A stretch of DNA of 64,000 nucleotides from Thermoplasmata archaeon (GCA_035501555.1 DATJWA010000027.1:256156-320155); one strand, 5' to 3'; shown: positions 8,822-19,200, counted from the first letter of the stretch. The notes: generated from the letters alone by a model not told the origin. A program made the numbers and translations.

Positions 8822-9223
8822 CTAGACGGCCGTGCTCCCCGGGCGCGCGGCGGCGAGCGCCGCCTCCTGGGCCACGGTGAACAGGTAGTGCAGGTAGGTG
8901 TAGACGCTCTGCACGTCACTGAGCAGGTCGGGCGAGGCCTGGCCCTCCAGCACCTCCATCGCTTCGAGGAGAAAGGCGCGAGCACACCCCGGACCGCAGA
9001 AGACCTCGGCCCGCAATAGCCCGGTGAGCGCCTCGGGCACGGGGGCGAACTCGAAGCAGAGCGTCCCGGCTGGCAACCGGGTGCCGCAGCGGCAGCGGTG
9101 GCGCGCCCCCACGGCTCGCTTCCTCAGCTGGACCGAAGAAGGCAGCTCCGGGACCGTCCCGACCATCGCTCCCTCGAGCGACCCCGACCTCCGCAGAGCG
9201 GTGCCTCCCATGACGGTTTCGAG
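8822..9223 (-). CDS. Small Cys-rich (TRASH/FCS-like zinc-binding) hypothetical protein.
   Basis: C-terminal part of ORF 8822..9406: CRCG…C…FCGPGC. Placed between dodecin and the divergent ABC operon. Start uncertain (9166 or 9223). Confidence 0.35.
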   Translation of the reverse strand, partial: LETVMGGTALRRSGSLEGAMVGTVPELPSSVQLRKRAVGARHRCRCGTRLPAGTLCFEFAPVPEALTGLLRAEVFCGPGCARAFLLEAMEVLEGQASPDLLSDVQSVYTYLHYLFTVAQEAALAAARPGSTAV

Positions 9224-9341
9224 CGCGCGAGCCGGTTCACCGGGAGGGGGGGTGGGGTCACCGGACGTGACCATTCGCCGTGCGTCCGGGCCTTCCGCCC
9301 GGGCGCCGTTCTCCGGTACGAGGACGGGAACCGGAAGGGAG

Positions 9342-10343
9342 ATGGGCGCCGCGGTGACCTGCGAGAACCTCGGGAAGACCTTCCCGGGCGGCGTGGAGGC
9401 GGTCACCTCGGTCAGCCTCGACGTGGCGCACGGCGAGATCTACGGGTTCCTCGGCCCGAACGGCGCGGGGAAGACCACGATGATCTCGATGCTGACCACC
9501 CTGCTCCGGCCCACCCACGGCACGGCCGAGGTCGAGGGGATCGACGTGGTCCGGGAACCCGAGCGGGTCCGTCGACGGATCGGGCTCGTCTTCCAGCGCT
9601 CGACCTCGGACGACGCACTGACCGGGCGCGAGAACCTCGAGATCATCGCCGGGCTGCACGGGATTTCCCCTCGGGCAGCCCGACCGAGGATCCGGGAGCT
9701 CCTCGAGCGGCTCGACCTGGTCGAGGCGGCGGACCGACGGGTCGGCGCCTACTCGGGGGGAATGCGCCGGCGTCTCGAGATCGCGGCCGGCATCGTCCAC
9801 GCGCCGAGCCTCCTGTTCCTGGACGAGCCGACCCTCGGTCTGGACCCGCAGGGCCGGGCCGGTTTCTGGCAGTACATCCGCGAGCTCCGCTCCGAGAACG
9901 GAATGACGATCTTCCTGACAACCCACTACCTCGACGAGGCCGACCAGCTCTCCGACCGGGTGTCGATCATCGACCACGGCCGGGTCCTCCGGACCGACTC
10001 CCCGGTCGCCCTCAAAGAGTCGCTCGGGAGCGACATCGTCCTCGTCCAGCCGAGCGACCCGTCCCGGGACCTGGCCTCGCTCCTCGGGGCCATACCGGGC
10101 GTCGCCTCGGTCGAGCCGAGGTCACCCGAGGGAGCGTATCGGGTCCGCGTCGCACGGAGCGAGTCGTTCGTGCCGGCGGTCGTGCGGGCGTGCGACGCCG
10201 CCGGGGTCGAGCTCGCCGGGGTCTCGACCCGCAAGCCGAGCCTGGACGAGGTGTTCCTCACGCTCACGGGGCGGGAGTACCGGGAAGAGAGCGAGGCCAA
10301 CCACCACGCCGCACCGGGCGCGAGCTCGCCGGGGGGCCGCTGA
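9342..10343 (+). CDS. ABC transporter ATP-binding protein.
   Basis: Internal ATG 9342 (MGAAVTCENLGKTF). Walker A GPNGAGKTT, signature YSGGMRRR, Walker B LLFLDEPT. GGAAGGGAG Shine-Dalgarno-like sequence upstream. Confidence 0.85.
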   Translation: MGAAVTCENLGKTFPGGVEAVTSVSLDVAHGEIYGFLGPNGAGKTTMISMLTTLLRPTHGTAEVEGIDVVREPERVRRRIGLVFQRSTSDDALTGRENLEIIAGLHGISPRAARPRIRELLERLDLVEAADRRVGAYSGGMRRRLEIAAGIVHAPSLLFLDEPTLGLDPQGRAGFWQYIRELRSENGMTIFLTTHYLDEADQLSDRVSIIDHGRVLRTDSPVALKESLGSDIVLVQPSDPSRDLASLLGAIPGVASVEPRSPEGAYRVRVARSESFVPAVVRACDAAGVELAGVSTRKPSLDEVFLTLTGREYREESEANHHAAPGASSPGGR

Positions 10344-11176
10344 TGTACCGCGAGTTCGTCACCGTGCTGCGTCGGGAGGCCCTCAAGTGGGTCCGGGTCC
10401 CGATCTGGGTCGCGTCGTACTTCGTCGTGCCGATCCTCTACCTCGTCCTCTTCGGCCAGGCATTCGACCTCGCCCGCCTCTTTCCCGCGGGAGAGGACGG
10501 CTCCCTCTACGTTCGCGCGGCCCTGCTCGGGGCCCCGAACTACTTCTCCTACTTCGCGGTCGGGATGGTCGCCTTCGTCACGCTCACCGCCTCCCTCTAC
10601 TCCGGCACGGGCATTCTGTTCGACAAGCAGCTCGGGATCCATCCGCGGATGACCGCGACGCCCGCCCCGCGCAGCGCCCTCTTCGCTGGCAGCTTGACGT
10701 TCCGTGCGTTCTCGGCGGCGTGGCCGGCCTTCCTCGCGCTCGGGTTCGCCCTCGCCTTCGAGGGCGTCCCGGGGCTCGCCGGACTCTCGGTCCGCTCCTC
10801 CGTCTCCGCGCTCGGCGTAGGGGAGATCGTGGCCGCCGAAGTGCTCCTCGCCATCATGTTCACCGCTCTGTTCCTCTCCTTCGGCTACGTCCTGAACTCG
10901 AACGAGGCTTACTTCGGGATCACCTCCCTACTGAACCTCCCGATCCTGTTCACCTCCAACGCGATGTTCCCCCAGGGGACGATGCCTCCGTGGCTCCAGA
11001 CCGTGACCGCCTACAATCCGGCGTCCATGGCGACCAACGTGATGCGCGAGAACCTCTTCCAGACGAGCGGGTACCCGTACCCGCCCGAGGTGTACCTGCT
11101 CGGGCTCCTCGCCTGGGCGGTCGTGCTGGTCGCTCTCGGTCTCTACCTATCGGCGCGCTCCCTCCGCGTTCAGTGA
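10343..11176 (+). CDS. ABC-2 type transporter permease.
   Basis: MYREFVTVLRRE…, 6 predicted TM segments. ATGA start/stop overlap with the preceding ATPase gene. Confidence 0.85.
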   Translation: MYREFVTVLRREALKWVRVPIWVASYFVVPILYLVLFGQAFDLARLFPAGEDGSLYVRAALLGAPNYFSYFAVGMVAFVTLTASLYSGTGILFDKQLGIHPRMTATPAPRSALFAGSLTFRAFSAAWPAFLALGFALAFEGVPGLAGLSVRSSVSALGVGEIVAAEVLLAIMFTALFLSFGYVLNSNEAYFGITSLLNLPILFTSNAMFPQGTMPPWLQTVTAYNPASMATNVMRENLFQTSGYPYPPEVYLLGLLAWAVVLVALGLYLSARSLRVQ

Positions 11177-11243
11177 GTGGAGCCGGGCCCCCGCCAGCCA
11201 ATACTAAGCCTGCCGAGGGGATGCCGGACCGGAGCCGCACGGA

Positions 11244-12665
11244 ATGACGGCCCGCCGGACGCTCGTCCTCGCACTGGTCGTCGTGGTCCTCGTAGTCATC
11301 GCCGGAGCGGTCTCGTACTGGGTGCTCAGCCGCTCCTCCTCCCCAAGTTCCCCGTCCGGTCCGACCGGGGTGGCGAGTTGCCCGTCGAACCCGGCGAACG
11401 GTACCTCCGGGAACTGGACCACGTACCACCAGAACAACCTCCGGGACGGAGTGGAGTCCTCCTCCTCGATCGCATCGGTCACGGCTCGATGGCCCGCGCC
11501 CACGGGACTGGACGGTGAGGTCTACGCTGAGCCCCTCGTCTGCGGTGACTCGGTCTTCGTCGCGACCGAGGACGACTCCGTCTACGCCCTCAACGCCACC
11601 TCCGGCGCCATCCTCTGGCACACCCATCTCGGCACGCCGGCCCCGAGCTCCGCCCTCGCCTGCGCGGGGGACATCAACCCGAGCGGGATCACGGGGACCC
11701 CGGTGATCGACATCGCGACCGGAACCCTCTACACGGTCGCCCTCCTGACCTCCGGCAGCTCGGTAGAGCACATGCTGTTCGGGCTGAACGTGGTCAATGG
11801 TTCGATCCGCTCGCAGGTGGTCGTGGACCCCGCGGGCTCGACCCCGAACGCGGAGCAGCAGCGGGGGGCGCTGGCGATCGCGAACGGCTTCGTCTACGTG
11901 GTCTACGGCGGGTTGTACGGGGACTGCGGCAGCTACCACGGGTGGGTGGTCGGAGCGCCCGTGAACGGTTCGCATGCGCTCATCTCCTACCAGGTGCCCA
12001 CACAGCGGGAGGGAGCGATCTGGGGAACCGCCGGCATGGCGATCGCCCCGGACGGGGACCTCTACGTCGCGACGGGCAACGGCGCCTCCAACACCGTCTT
12101 CGACCACGGGGACAGCGTGATCGAACTCTCCCCCGAGCTGACGGAGCTCGGGTACTTCGCCCCGACGAACTGGGTCCAGCTCAACGAGGACGATCTCGAC
12201 CTCGGCTCGGTGGCCCCGACGTACCTGTCCACCGGGGACCTCTTCCAGATCGGGAAGGGGGGGGTCGGCTACCTCCTGTCGGGGACCGACCTCGGGGGGA
12301 TCGGCGGCCAGCTGTACAACGCGAGCGTCTGCGGAGGCGGGGCCTACGGGGGGACGGCCCACGTGGGCCTCTCCATCCTGGTACCGTGCACCGACGGGCT
12401 CTACGACGTCGTCGTCGCCGGCTCCTCCTTCTCCGTCGCCTGGCAGACCGCGGGCTTCGACTCGGGCTCCCCCATCGTCACCGGGAACGTCGCCTGGGCG
12501 GTCAACATCACGACCTCGGTCCTGATGGGGTTCAACCTGTCGAACGGGCACGTCCTCTTCTCGTTCCCCCTCGGCGCGGACGACCACTTCATCACTCCGG
12601 CGGCGGCCCCCGGCGCGCTGTTCGTCGCGGGAGGGGCGGACCTCTACGCCTTCACCCTGAGCTGA
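11244..12665 (+). CDS. PQQ-like beta-propeller repeat protein with N-terminal TM anchor.
   Basis: N-terminal TM LVLALVVVVLVVIAGAV. Repeated 'VYA…G.ILW' PQQ-repeat motifs and Gly/Thr/Ser-rich beta-strand composition. Confidence 0.8.
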   Translation: MTARRTLVLALVVVVLVVIAGAVSYWVLSRSSSPSSPSGPTGVASCPSNPANGTSGNWTTYHQNNLRDGVESSSSIASVTARWPAPTGLDGEVYAEPLVCGDSVFVATEDDSVYALNATSGAILWHTHLGTPAPSSALACAGDINPSGITGTPVIDIATGTLYTVALLTSGSSVEHMLFGLNVVNGSIRSQVVVDPAGSTPNAEQQRGALAIANGFVYVVYGGLYGDCGSYHGWVVGAPVNGSHALISYQVPTQREGAIWGTAGMAIAPDGDLYVATGNGASNTVFDHGDSVIELSPELTELGYFAPTNWVQLNEDDLDLGSVAPTYLSTGDLFQIGKGGVGYLLSGTDLGGIGGQLYNASVCGGGAYGGTAHVGLSILVPCTDGLYDVVVAGSSFSVAWQTAGFDSGSPIVTGNVAWAVNITTSVLMGFNLSNGHVLFSFPLGADDHFITPAAAPGALFVAGGADLYAFTLS

Positions 12666-12811
12666 CCCCACGCGGAGGGTCTCCGTCGGTTCCCGGGTGG
12701 GAGGTGCCGCACCCCTCCGGCTCCTCGCGAAGGGCGCCCGAGCCCGCGCGGGAGGGTCGGCGTTCGGTCGCAAGTAAATAGCCGAGCCTCCCCATCTCCG
12801 GCTGAGGAGCG

Positions 12812-15184
12812 ATGGCGACCGGGGGCGGGGTCGGTCGCCCGTTCGTGGGTCGGCTCGGGACCGTCGAGGCCCTGCGCCGGCAGTTCGAAGACGCTCGGGG
12901 GGGCGCCGGCGGGTTCACGCTGCTGGTCGGCGACACCGGGGTCGGCAAGTCGACCCTCGTCGCCGAGTTGGTCCAGCACATGCGGACCCGAGGGACGCGC
13001 GTCCTCTTCGGCCAGGCCGCCGCCTCGGACGACCCCGCCCCGTTCTCGCTCGTCAACTCCGCTCTCGACCGCGCTCGGGAGGAGGCGGGGTCGGGGGCGG
13101 GCGATGCGGGCCCGCTCGGGCCGGGCCCGGTGATGATCGGCTTCGCGCCCGGCTTCGCGGACTCGTCGTTCCCCCCGCCCACCGACTTTGACGACCGGCT
13201 GCTCGACGCGCTCGGTGGGCTCTCCTCGCAGGGAGGGGTCTCGCGCGAGCGGGTCCTCTCGGAGAAAGCCGCCGAGTTCGTCGAGCTCGCCCGCCACGGC
13301 CCGACCGCCCTCGTCCTGGAGGACGTCCAGCGGGCGGACGACTCGTCACTCGCGGTGCTCGAGTCCCTCGCCGAGCAGCTACCGGGCCACGCGCTCTGGG
13401 TCCTCGCGACGAGCCGCCGGTCCGACTCCCTGAACGAATCGCAACGCACGCGCGTGGAGAAGCTCGAGGCCTCGGCCCGCCCCCGGCGCCTCGTACTGGA
13501 CCCGTTGACCTCGCAGGAGGTCGCGCTGTACCTGCACGCGGTCGACCCGTCCCGGCGGTTCACGCCCGAGGAGATCGCGCGGCGCCATTCCGAGACGGGC
13601 GGTAATCCGCTCCTCCTCGACCAGCTCGACCGGCGCGCCGCCGTCTCGAGCGGCCTCTCCGACGGCATCGGCCGGGCCCCCGTCAACGAGGCGAGCCGAA
13701 GGGTCCTCGAGGCCGCCGCCGTCCTCGGCTCGGCGTTCCCGTTCGGGACGTTGCTCGCCGCCAGTGGGGAGGAGGAGGAACGGCTCGCCGAGGCGGTCGA
13801 CACCCTGGTCGACCACGGCCTTCTCTTCGAGCGGCCCGGAGAACTACTCGAGTTCCCCGACGACCGGATGCGGGAGGAGGCGTACCTGCAGCTCTCCGAC
13901 GAGCGTCGTCGGGCACTCCACCGCCAGGTCGGGGGAGCGCTGGAAGCGACCGGGGGCCGGGACCCGAGCGCGGTCTTCACCCTCGCGCGTCACTTCTACG
14001 TCGGTCAGGAGTACCGCAAGTCGCTCGAGTACAATCGCCTGGCCGCCCAGGCGGCCGAGCACGCGCTCGCGCCCGACGTCGCCTCCGACTTCCTCCTTCG
14101 GGCGCTCGAGAGCCAGCGCCACCTCGACCCCGAGGACCGGGACGGGGAGGCGGCCCTGGTCGTCGAGATGGGCCGCCTCACGTACGACCTCGGTCTCCTC
14201 GACCAGGCCGAGGCGTTCCTTCGCGGCTACCTCGACCTGCGAGGCGACGACCCACGGCTCGGCCCCCGCTTCCGGGCCGCGACCGAGCTCATCCTCGCTC
14301 GGGTCCTCACCTCGCGGGGGGACTCTCCCGGGGCGGTGCGACTCGCCGAACGGATCCTCTCGAGTCCCGGAATCGAGGGCGACCGCCTCCTTCGGATCGG
14401 CGCCCTCCGCCAGCTCGCCATGTCCCGGTACTACGAGGGGCGCTACACCGAATCGTTGACCTACAACGCCGAAGAGTTTCGGCTCGCCCGGGAGCTGGGG
14501 AACGAGCGGCTCACCGCGCTCGCGCTCATCTTCCAGGTCGGCAACCTGGCGATGCTCGGAGAACCGGACCGGGCGGTCGAGGGCGCGCGCGAGGTCGCCC
14601 GGATCTTCGACCGCCTCGGCACTGCCGGGGACTCGGCCCAGGGGCACCTCTTCCTCGGAAACATGCTGGCCGACAACAAGTCGAACCCGGCCTACCGCGC
14701 GGAGGCGCTCGTCGAGCTGGAGCGGACGATCCGCTTGGCGGAGCAGGCGAACGACCTGCGTCGGGTCGGCTGGGCGTTGTACCACAGCGCCGAGGTGCTC
14801 CGGGTGGAGGGTCGGCTCGAGGCCGCCGACCGGAGCGCCCAGCGGGCGTTCGAGACCCTGGGACAGGTCGGAGACCTCGCCGGCCAGGGAGTCGCGATGA
14901 AGGTGCGGGGGCAGGTCGCCACCGCGCGCGCCGACTACCGCCGGGCCGAGCGCGACCTCCTCGAGGCGCACCGGCTCCTCCAGGGGCTCAAGCATACGCT
15001 CGAGGAGACCGAGGTGCTCCTGCGGCTCGCCGAGCTCTCGGCGGCGCGCGGGGACCTCGCGGGCGCGGCTGGACGGGTCGCTGAGCTCACCCGGATGGAC
15101 CTGCCCAAGACCCGACCGGACCTGCTCGCGGAGTTCGACGCGCTTCGGCGAACTGTCGCGGAGAAGGGGACCGGGGGAACGTAG
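12812..15184 (+). CDS. STAND/AAA ATPase with C-terminal TPR-like repeats. Cyclase-less relative of the downstream paralog array.
   Basis: Walker A GDTGVGKST. The ATPase region aligns with the ATPase modules of genes 39927, 44060 and 52198. C-terminal alpha-helical repeats. Confidence 0.8.
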   Translation: MATGGGVGRPFVGRLGTVEALRRQFEDARGGAGGFTLLVGDTGVGKSTLVAELVQHMRTRGTRVLFGQAAASDDPAPFSLVNSALDRAREEAGSGAGDAGPLGPGPVMIGFAPGFADSSFPPPTDFDDRLLDALGGLSSQGGVSRERVLSEKAAEFVELARHGPTALVLEDVQRADDSSLAVLESLAEQLPGHALWVLATSRRSDSLNESQRTRVEKLEASARPRRLVLDPLTSQEVALYLHAVDPSRRFTPEEIARRHSETGGNPLLLDQLDRRAAVSSGLSDGIGRAPVNEASRRVLEAAAVLGSAFPFGTLLAASGEEEERLAEAVDTLVDHGLLFERPGELLEFPDDRMREEAYLQLSDERRRALHRQVGGALEATGGRDPSAVFTLARHFYVGQEYRKSLEYNRLAAQAAEHALAPDVASDFLLRALESQRHLDPEDRDGEAALVVEMGRLTYDLGLLDQAEAFLRGYLDLRGDDPRLGPRFRAATELILARVLTSRGDSPGAVRLAERILSSPGIEGDRLLRIGALRQLAMSRYYEGRYTESLTYNAEEFRLARELGNERLTALALIFQVGNLAMLGEPDRAVEGAREVARIFDRLGTAGDSAQGHLFLGNMLADNKSNPAYRAEALVELERTIRLAEQANDLRRVGWALYHSAEVLRVEGRLEAADRSAQRAFETLGQVGDLAGQGVAMKVRGQVATARADYRRAERDLLEAHRLLQGLKHTLEETEVLLRLAELSAARGDLAGAAGRVAELTRMDLPKTRPDLLAEFDALRRTVAEKGTGGT

Positions 15185-15266
15185 GTCCCTCGCGAGGCGA
15201 AGGGTATACCTTCCGAGACGGCCCTCGCCCCGCGGCCCCGCGACCGTGGGGCGTGGACGGCAACCG

Positions 15267-15608
15267 ATGGGGTACTACGTGGTCGTGAGCGAACAGGGCC
15301 CGGGCTGGCACCCGGGGCGGTCGATGCGGGAGCAGGAGGGCTGGGGTGCCCACGCTACGTTCATGAACGCCCTCGCCGACGAACGGCTGGTCCTGCTCGG
15401 GGGTCCGCTCAAGGGGGCCGCTCATCACCGGGCGTTGCTGGTGACCCAGGCGCCGAGTGAGCCGGCGCTCCGGGACCGGCTCGCCCAGGACCCGTGGATG
15501 GTCTCGGGGGTGCTTCGCGTCGTATCGGTCGAGCCGTGGGAGCTGCTGCTCGGCGAGCTCGAAGCCCCGGCGCCCGAGCTCCCCGGGGGGACGCGGCCAC
15601 CGGTCTAG
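15267..15608 (+). CDS. YciI-like (Dabb/stress-responsive) small protein.
   Basis: MGYYVVVSEQGPGW… pattern. Internal ATG 15267 preferred over GTG 15246. Confidence 0.65.
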   Translation: MGYYVVVSEQGPGWHPGRSMREQEGWGAHATFMNALADERLVLLGGPLKGAAHHRALLVTQAPSEPALRDRLAQDPWMVSGVLRVVSVEPWELLLGELEAPAPELPGGTRPPV

Positions 15609-17212
15609 GTGGTTCCGCTCTCGGCCGAGGGGGACTCGCCCGGCAGCGGCGACACCGGGGCGCTGCTTCCCGCGCGGGCCCGGCGCGGCAGGGTGGGAAG
15701 GTGGGCGAACTTGGGGTGGCGAGAAGGTCCCAGGACCTCCTGGGCGAACACCACGGCCGCGCCTCCCGCGAGCGTGATGACCGCGGCGATCCAGAAGGCA
15801 TACTGGAAGGCGAGATGGGCCGGCACGCCGGCGCCCGCGAAGGGCCCCGAGGTGAGCACGTAGGTCGCCAGGAGCGAGCCGGCGATCGGCGCCCCGACGC
15901 TCCCGCCCACGTTGCGGAAGACGTTGTTCATCGCGGTCGCCTGGCCCATGTCCTTGGGGTCGACGGTCAGGACCAGCAGGTTGATCACGGACGCGTTGAG
16001 GAGGGCCATGCCCGCGCCGATGACGGTCTCGTAGACGAGCGCCTGGGTGAGCGAGGTCGCGATCGAGACCAGGTAGAAGCCGAGGGCCGTCAACGCCGAG
16101 CCCCCGAGGGCCAGTGGCTTGACGCCGGTCGTCGAGACCACGAAGCTCGCGAGGGCCGCGACCGCGATCATCGCCAAGGCGAGCGGGACGATGTCCAGCC
16201 CAGCGCTCAGGATGTTGTAGCTCGGGAAGGCCCCGTTGTACCCGCCGGAGGCGAACGGGAACTCGAACTGGTAGATCAGCGAGAACAGGGCGAGGTACAT
16301 TCCGAGGCCGGCCACGGTGAGGACGATGTTGGTCACGGCGACGTTCCGCTCCCGGAGCATCTTTTGGTCCACGATCGGCTCCCGGGCCCGGCTCTTCCAC
16401 CACGACTCGTACAGCGCGAAGGGGACGAACAGGAAGAGGCCCGCCCCGAGCGCGACGATCGTCGGGATCGACAGCCAGCCCCAGGCTTCCCCCTGCGACA
16501 AGGCCGTGACGACCCCCGCGAGGGCCCCGCCGAGCAGGGCCGCCCCCACGTAGTCCACCCGGGTGTCGGGACGACGGTACGGGGACTCCCGGATGAGCCA
16601 GACCACGAGGCCCGCGAGGAGGACGACGAACGGGATCGCGGAATGGTAGGTGACCCTCCAGCCGTAGTTCTGCGAGACGAACGAGCCGAGCGGCAGGCTG
16701 ATGACGAACCCGACGCCGAACATCGCGCTGAGGAGCCCCTGCGCGCGGGGGACCAGCTCGCGGGGGAACTCTTCCCGCATGAGCGCCATGCCGAGCGGGA
16801 TGATGGTCAGTCCAATCCCCTGGACGGTCCGGGCCGCGACCATGAAGGAGAAGGTCGGGGAGAAGCCGGTGACCGAGACGGCCGCCGCGTAGCCGAGCAT
16901 CACTCCGATGAGGACCTTGCGCTTGCCGTAGATGTCGCCGAGCTTGCCGACCACGGGCGAGAGCGCGACCCCCGCCGCGGCGTAGGCGGAGATGATGAGG
17001 GTGACCTGCGCCGTGTCGACGTTAAAGTCGGATTGGATCGTGGGGAGCGAGGGCGTCAGCATCCCCTCGATGTACAGCACGACGACGACGATCCCCGCGA
17101 GGAGGATCATCACCCGGTTCGCGTAGTGGCGGTCGAAGTTCTCGAGCGTCTTGGGGACGGGACCGGACGGGGAGAGGGGTGCACCGGGCGGACCGTTCGT
17201 TGGTGAATTCAC
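15605..17212 (-). CDS. MFS transporter, DHA2/EmrB-like (14 TM) efflux permease.
   Basis: Hydrophobic periodicity and MFS motifs (LGDIYGKRKVL, QGIG). Start uncertain: GTG 17212 (VNSPTNG…) or upstream. The upstream part of ORF to 17503 is non-membrane junk. The + ORF 15494..17206 is antisense junk. Confidence 0.8.
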   Translation of the reverse strand: MNSPTNGPPGAPLSPSGPVPKTLENFDRHYANRVMILLAGIVVVVLYIEGMLTPSLPTIQSDFNVDTAQVTLIISAYAAAGVALSPVVGKLGDIYGKRKVLIGVMLGYAAAVSVTGFSPTFSFMVAARTVQGIGLTIIPLGMALMREEFPRELVPRAQGLLSAMFGVGFVISLPLGSFVSQNYGWRVTYHSAIPFVVLLAGLVVWLIRESPYRRPDTRVDYVGAALLGGALAGVVTALSQGEAWGWLSIPTIVALGAGLFLFVPFALYESWWKSRAREPIVDQKMLRERNVAVTNIVLTVAGLGMYLALFSLIYQFEFPFASGGYNGAFPSYNILSAGLDIVPLALAMIAVAALASFVVSTTGVKPLALGGSALTALGFYLVSIATSLTQALVYETVIGAGMALLNASVINLLVLTVDPKDMGQATAMNNVFRNVGGSVGAPIAGSLLATYVLTSGPFAGAGVPAHLAFQYAFWIAAVITLAGGAAVVFAQEVLGPSRHPKFAHLPTLPRRARAGSSAPVSPLPGESPSAESGTT

Positions 17213-17481
17213 GGGGGACCCTCCTCTCGACGCGGCTGCCTGCTCGTCCCGCTCGAGGGCGCTCGACCTGGGTCCGTGCGTGTCCCGGGAGTATAGGAGG
17301 TTGACGGAGCGGCTCCGCTGCGGGTGGGGCGGGGTGGCTCGGGGCCTGCCCCGTTCACTCGATGGACCGGCTCCCTTCCCGCGGCATTCCGCCGGCAAGC
17401 TCGCCCGGCCTCGAACCGTTTCGCCCACCCCCGGGGACGGGGATATACCGACCGAGGGCTGCCGACGTCGAGCGGATCGCC

Positions 17482-18486
17482 ATGGAGCGAAAATCGTCGG
17501 CAAAGAACGACGAGCGGGACACGAGGGTGCTGGACTGGCTGCTCGAACCGGACCAGCCGGCCGTTCGGTACCACGCGCTGATCAACCTTCTGGGCCGTCG
17601 ATTGGATGACCCCGAAGTCAAGGCCGCGAGGTCCCGGATCGCCCGCGTCGGCTGGGCCGCCGACCAGCTGCGTCAGCAGGGGCCGGAAGGGTTCTGGGAG
17701 CGCCGCGGCCCGAAGAACGTGTCGGAGTACGTGGACTTCCTGTACTTCCCTCCGTACCTCTCGACGAACTGGAGGGCCCTCGTCCTCGCCGAGTTCGGTC
17801 TAGATTCCACCACTCCGCAGGTCCGCAAGGTCGCGGACCTGATGTTCCAATACAAACTCCGCACCAGTTCGCCGTTCAACTTCTACCACGAAGAGGTTTG
17901 CATCTCCGCGAACTGCGCGCGCATGCTGACGCGATTCGGGTACGGAGACGACCGCCGGGTCCGGCGCCTGTACGACTGGCTGATCGAGGACCAGCGGGAG
18001 GACGGTGGGTGGAACTGTTCCCCGGATACGCCGGGGACGCTCGACGCATGGGAGGCCCTCGCGGCGTTCGCGACGGTTCCGAAGCGGTCGCGTTCACCGC
18101 AGATGGACCGAGCGGTCGAGCGGGGAGCCGAGTTCTACCTCGCGCGCAACCTGTTCAAGGAGGGGAAGCGGTACGACCCGTGGTTCCGCCTCCACTACCC
18201 GAACCACTACCTCTACGACATCCTCGTGGGACTGGACGTCCTCACCCAGCTCGGGTACGGGGGCGACCGACGTCTCGGGCCGGCGCTCGACCTCCTCCGC
18301 AAGAAGCGTCAGGGCAACGGGACGTGGCGGCTCGACCGGCAGCATCCGGACCTAGGGCCGGGCCTCAAGATCTATTCGGACATGAGCAAGGTCCGACCCC
18401 TCGTGATCGAACCCGCGGGCCGGCCGAGCAAATGGATCACGCTCAAGGCGCTCACGGTGCTGAAGAGGGTCGAAGCCGCCGAATAG
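17482..18486 (+). CDS. Prenyltransferase/squalene-cyclase-like alpha/alpha-toroid repeat protein.
   Basis: Internal ATG 17482 (MERKSSAKND…). Repeated aromatic-rich helical hairpins (DGGWN, NGTWRLD). Confidence 0.65.
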   Translation: MERKSSAKNDERDTRVLDWLLEPDQPAVRYHALINLLGRRLDDPEVKAARSRIARVGWAADQLRQQGPEGFWERRGPKNVSEYVDFLYFPPYLSTNWRALVLAEFGLDSTTPQVRKVADLMFQYKLRTSSPFNFYHEEVCISANCARMLTRFGYGDDRRVRRLYDWLIEDQREDGGWNCSPDTPGTLDAWEALAAFATVPKRSRSPQMDRAVERGAEFYLARNLFKEGKRYDPWFRLHYPNHYLYDILVGLDVLTQLGYGGDRRLGPALDLLRKKRQGNGTWRLDRQHPDLGPGLKIYSDMSKVRPLVIEPAGRPSKWITLKALTVLKRVEAAE

Positions 18487-18615
18487 CGGGGGCGACCACC
18501 CGGTCTCGCTCGAGCCGCGATAGAGTGCAGGTGCACGTCGAACTCGCCGAATTCGGTCGGGGAGCAGGGTCCCGGTCCCCAGTAGAGGTGCGTCCCGGTC
18601 GCCACCCAGAGGGCG

Positions 18616-19200
18616 GTGTTATGGGGTCCCCGGGCGATAGAGGGTACCGTGAGTCCAGCCGACAGCGCCCTGGTCGTTCGAACTCGACGCGCGTTTCCGC
18701 GCCCCGCGGGTACGGTCTGGCCCCTGCTGTGCAATTCCAAGATGGACGGGTCGCATCGCCTGCTCTTCCGGCTGGGCGTTCCGCAACCCCTGGAGTGCCG
18801 GCTACCGGACGGCGAAGGAGTGGGGCACGAGAGGGAGTGCGTCTCCGACCAGGGTGTGGTCCACCAACGGATCCTTACGTGGGCACCCGAGACGAAGCTC
18901 TCCTTCCGCATGGAGTCGAACGACCTGCGTTGGTCCCGCCTTGTGGACGGGATCGAGGATACGTTCGACCTGCAGACCACCCCCACCGGAGTTCGTGTCA
19001 CTCGGACCACCCGCGTGCAGGTCCGCCCGACGGCGTCGCTCTTCCAACGGCTCGGGCTGCGGCTCGGGCTGAAACAGGTCCACCGGTACGTGTTTCGAAA
19101 CTGGGCGCGACTTGCGCGTCTCTCGGACCCGAACGGCCGCCCGACCGCCATGAGGTCCCGGGGCCTGTCGGCCGCCACGGGCTCCGCGAAGACGCGATAG
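18616..19200 (+). CDS. SRPBCC (polyketide cyclase/START-like) family protein.
   Basis: ORF composition and SRPBCC-like N-terminus. The overlapping minus ORFs are junk. Confidence 0.55.
   Translation: MLWGPRAIEGTVSPADSALVVRTRRAFPRPAGTVWPLLCNSKMDGSHRLLFRLGVPQPLECRLPDGEGVGHERECVSDQGVVHQRILTWAPETKLSFRMESNDLRWSRLVDGIEDTFDLQTTPTGVRVTRTTRVQVRPTASLFQRLGLRLGLKQVHRYVFRNWARLARLSDPNGRPTAMRSRGLSAATGSAKTR

Noticed and set aside
10950-12773. 607-aa minus ORF antisense to the PQQ beta-propeller gene.
   Set aside because: Arg/Gly/Asp-rich junk. The sense-strand gene has a clear signal anchor and repeat structure.
15494-17206. 570-aa plus ORF antisense to the MFS transporter.
   Set aside because: Highly charged (R/D/E/G) and lacking any hydrophobic core. 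The opposite strand encodes 14 clean TM helices.
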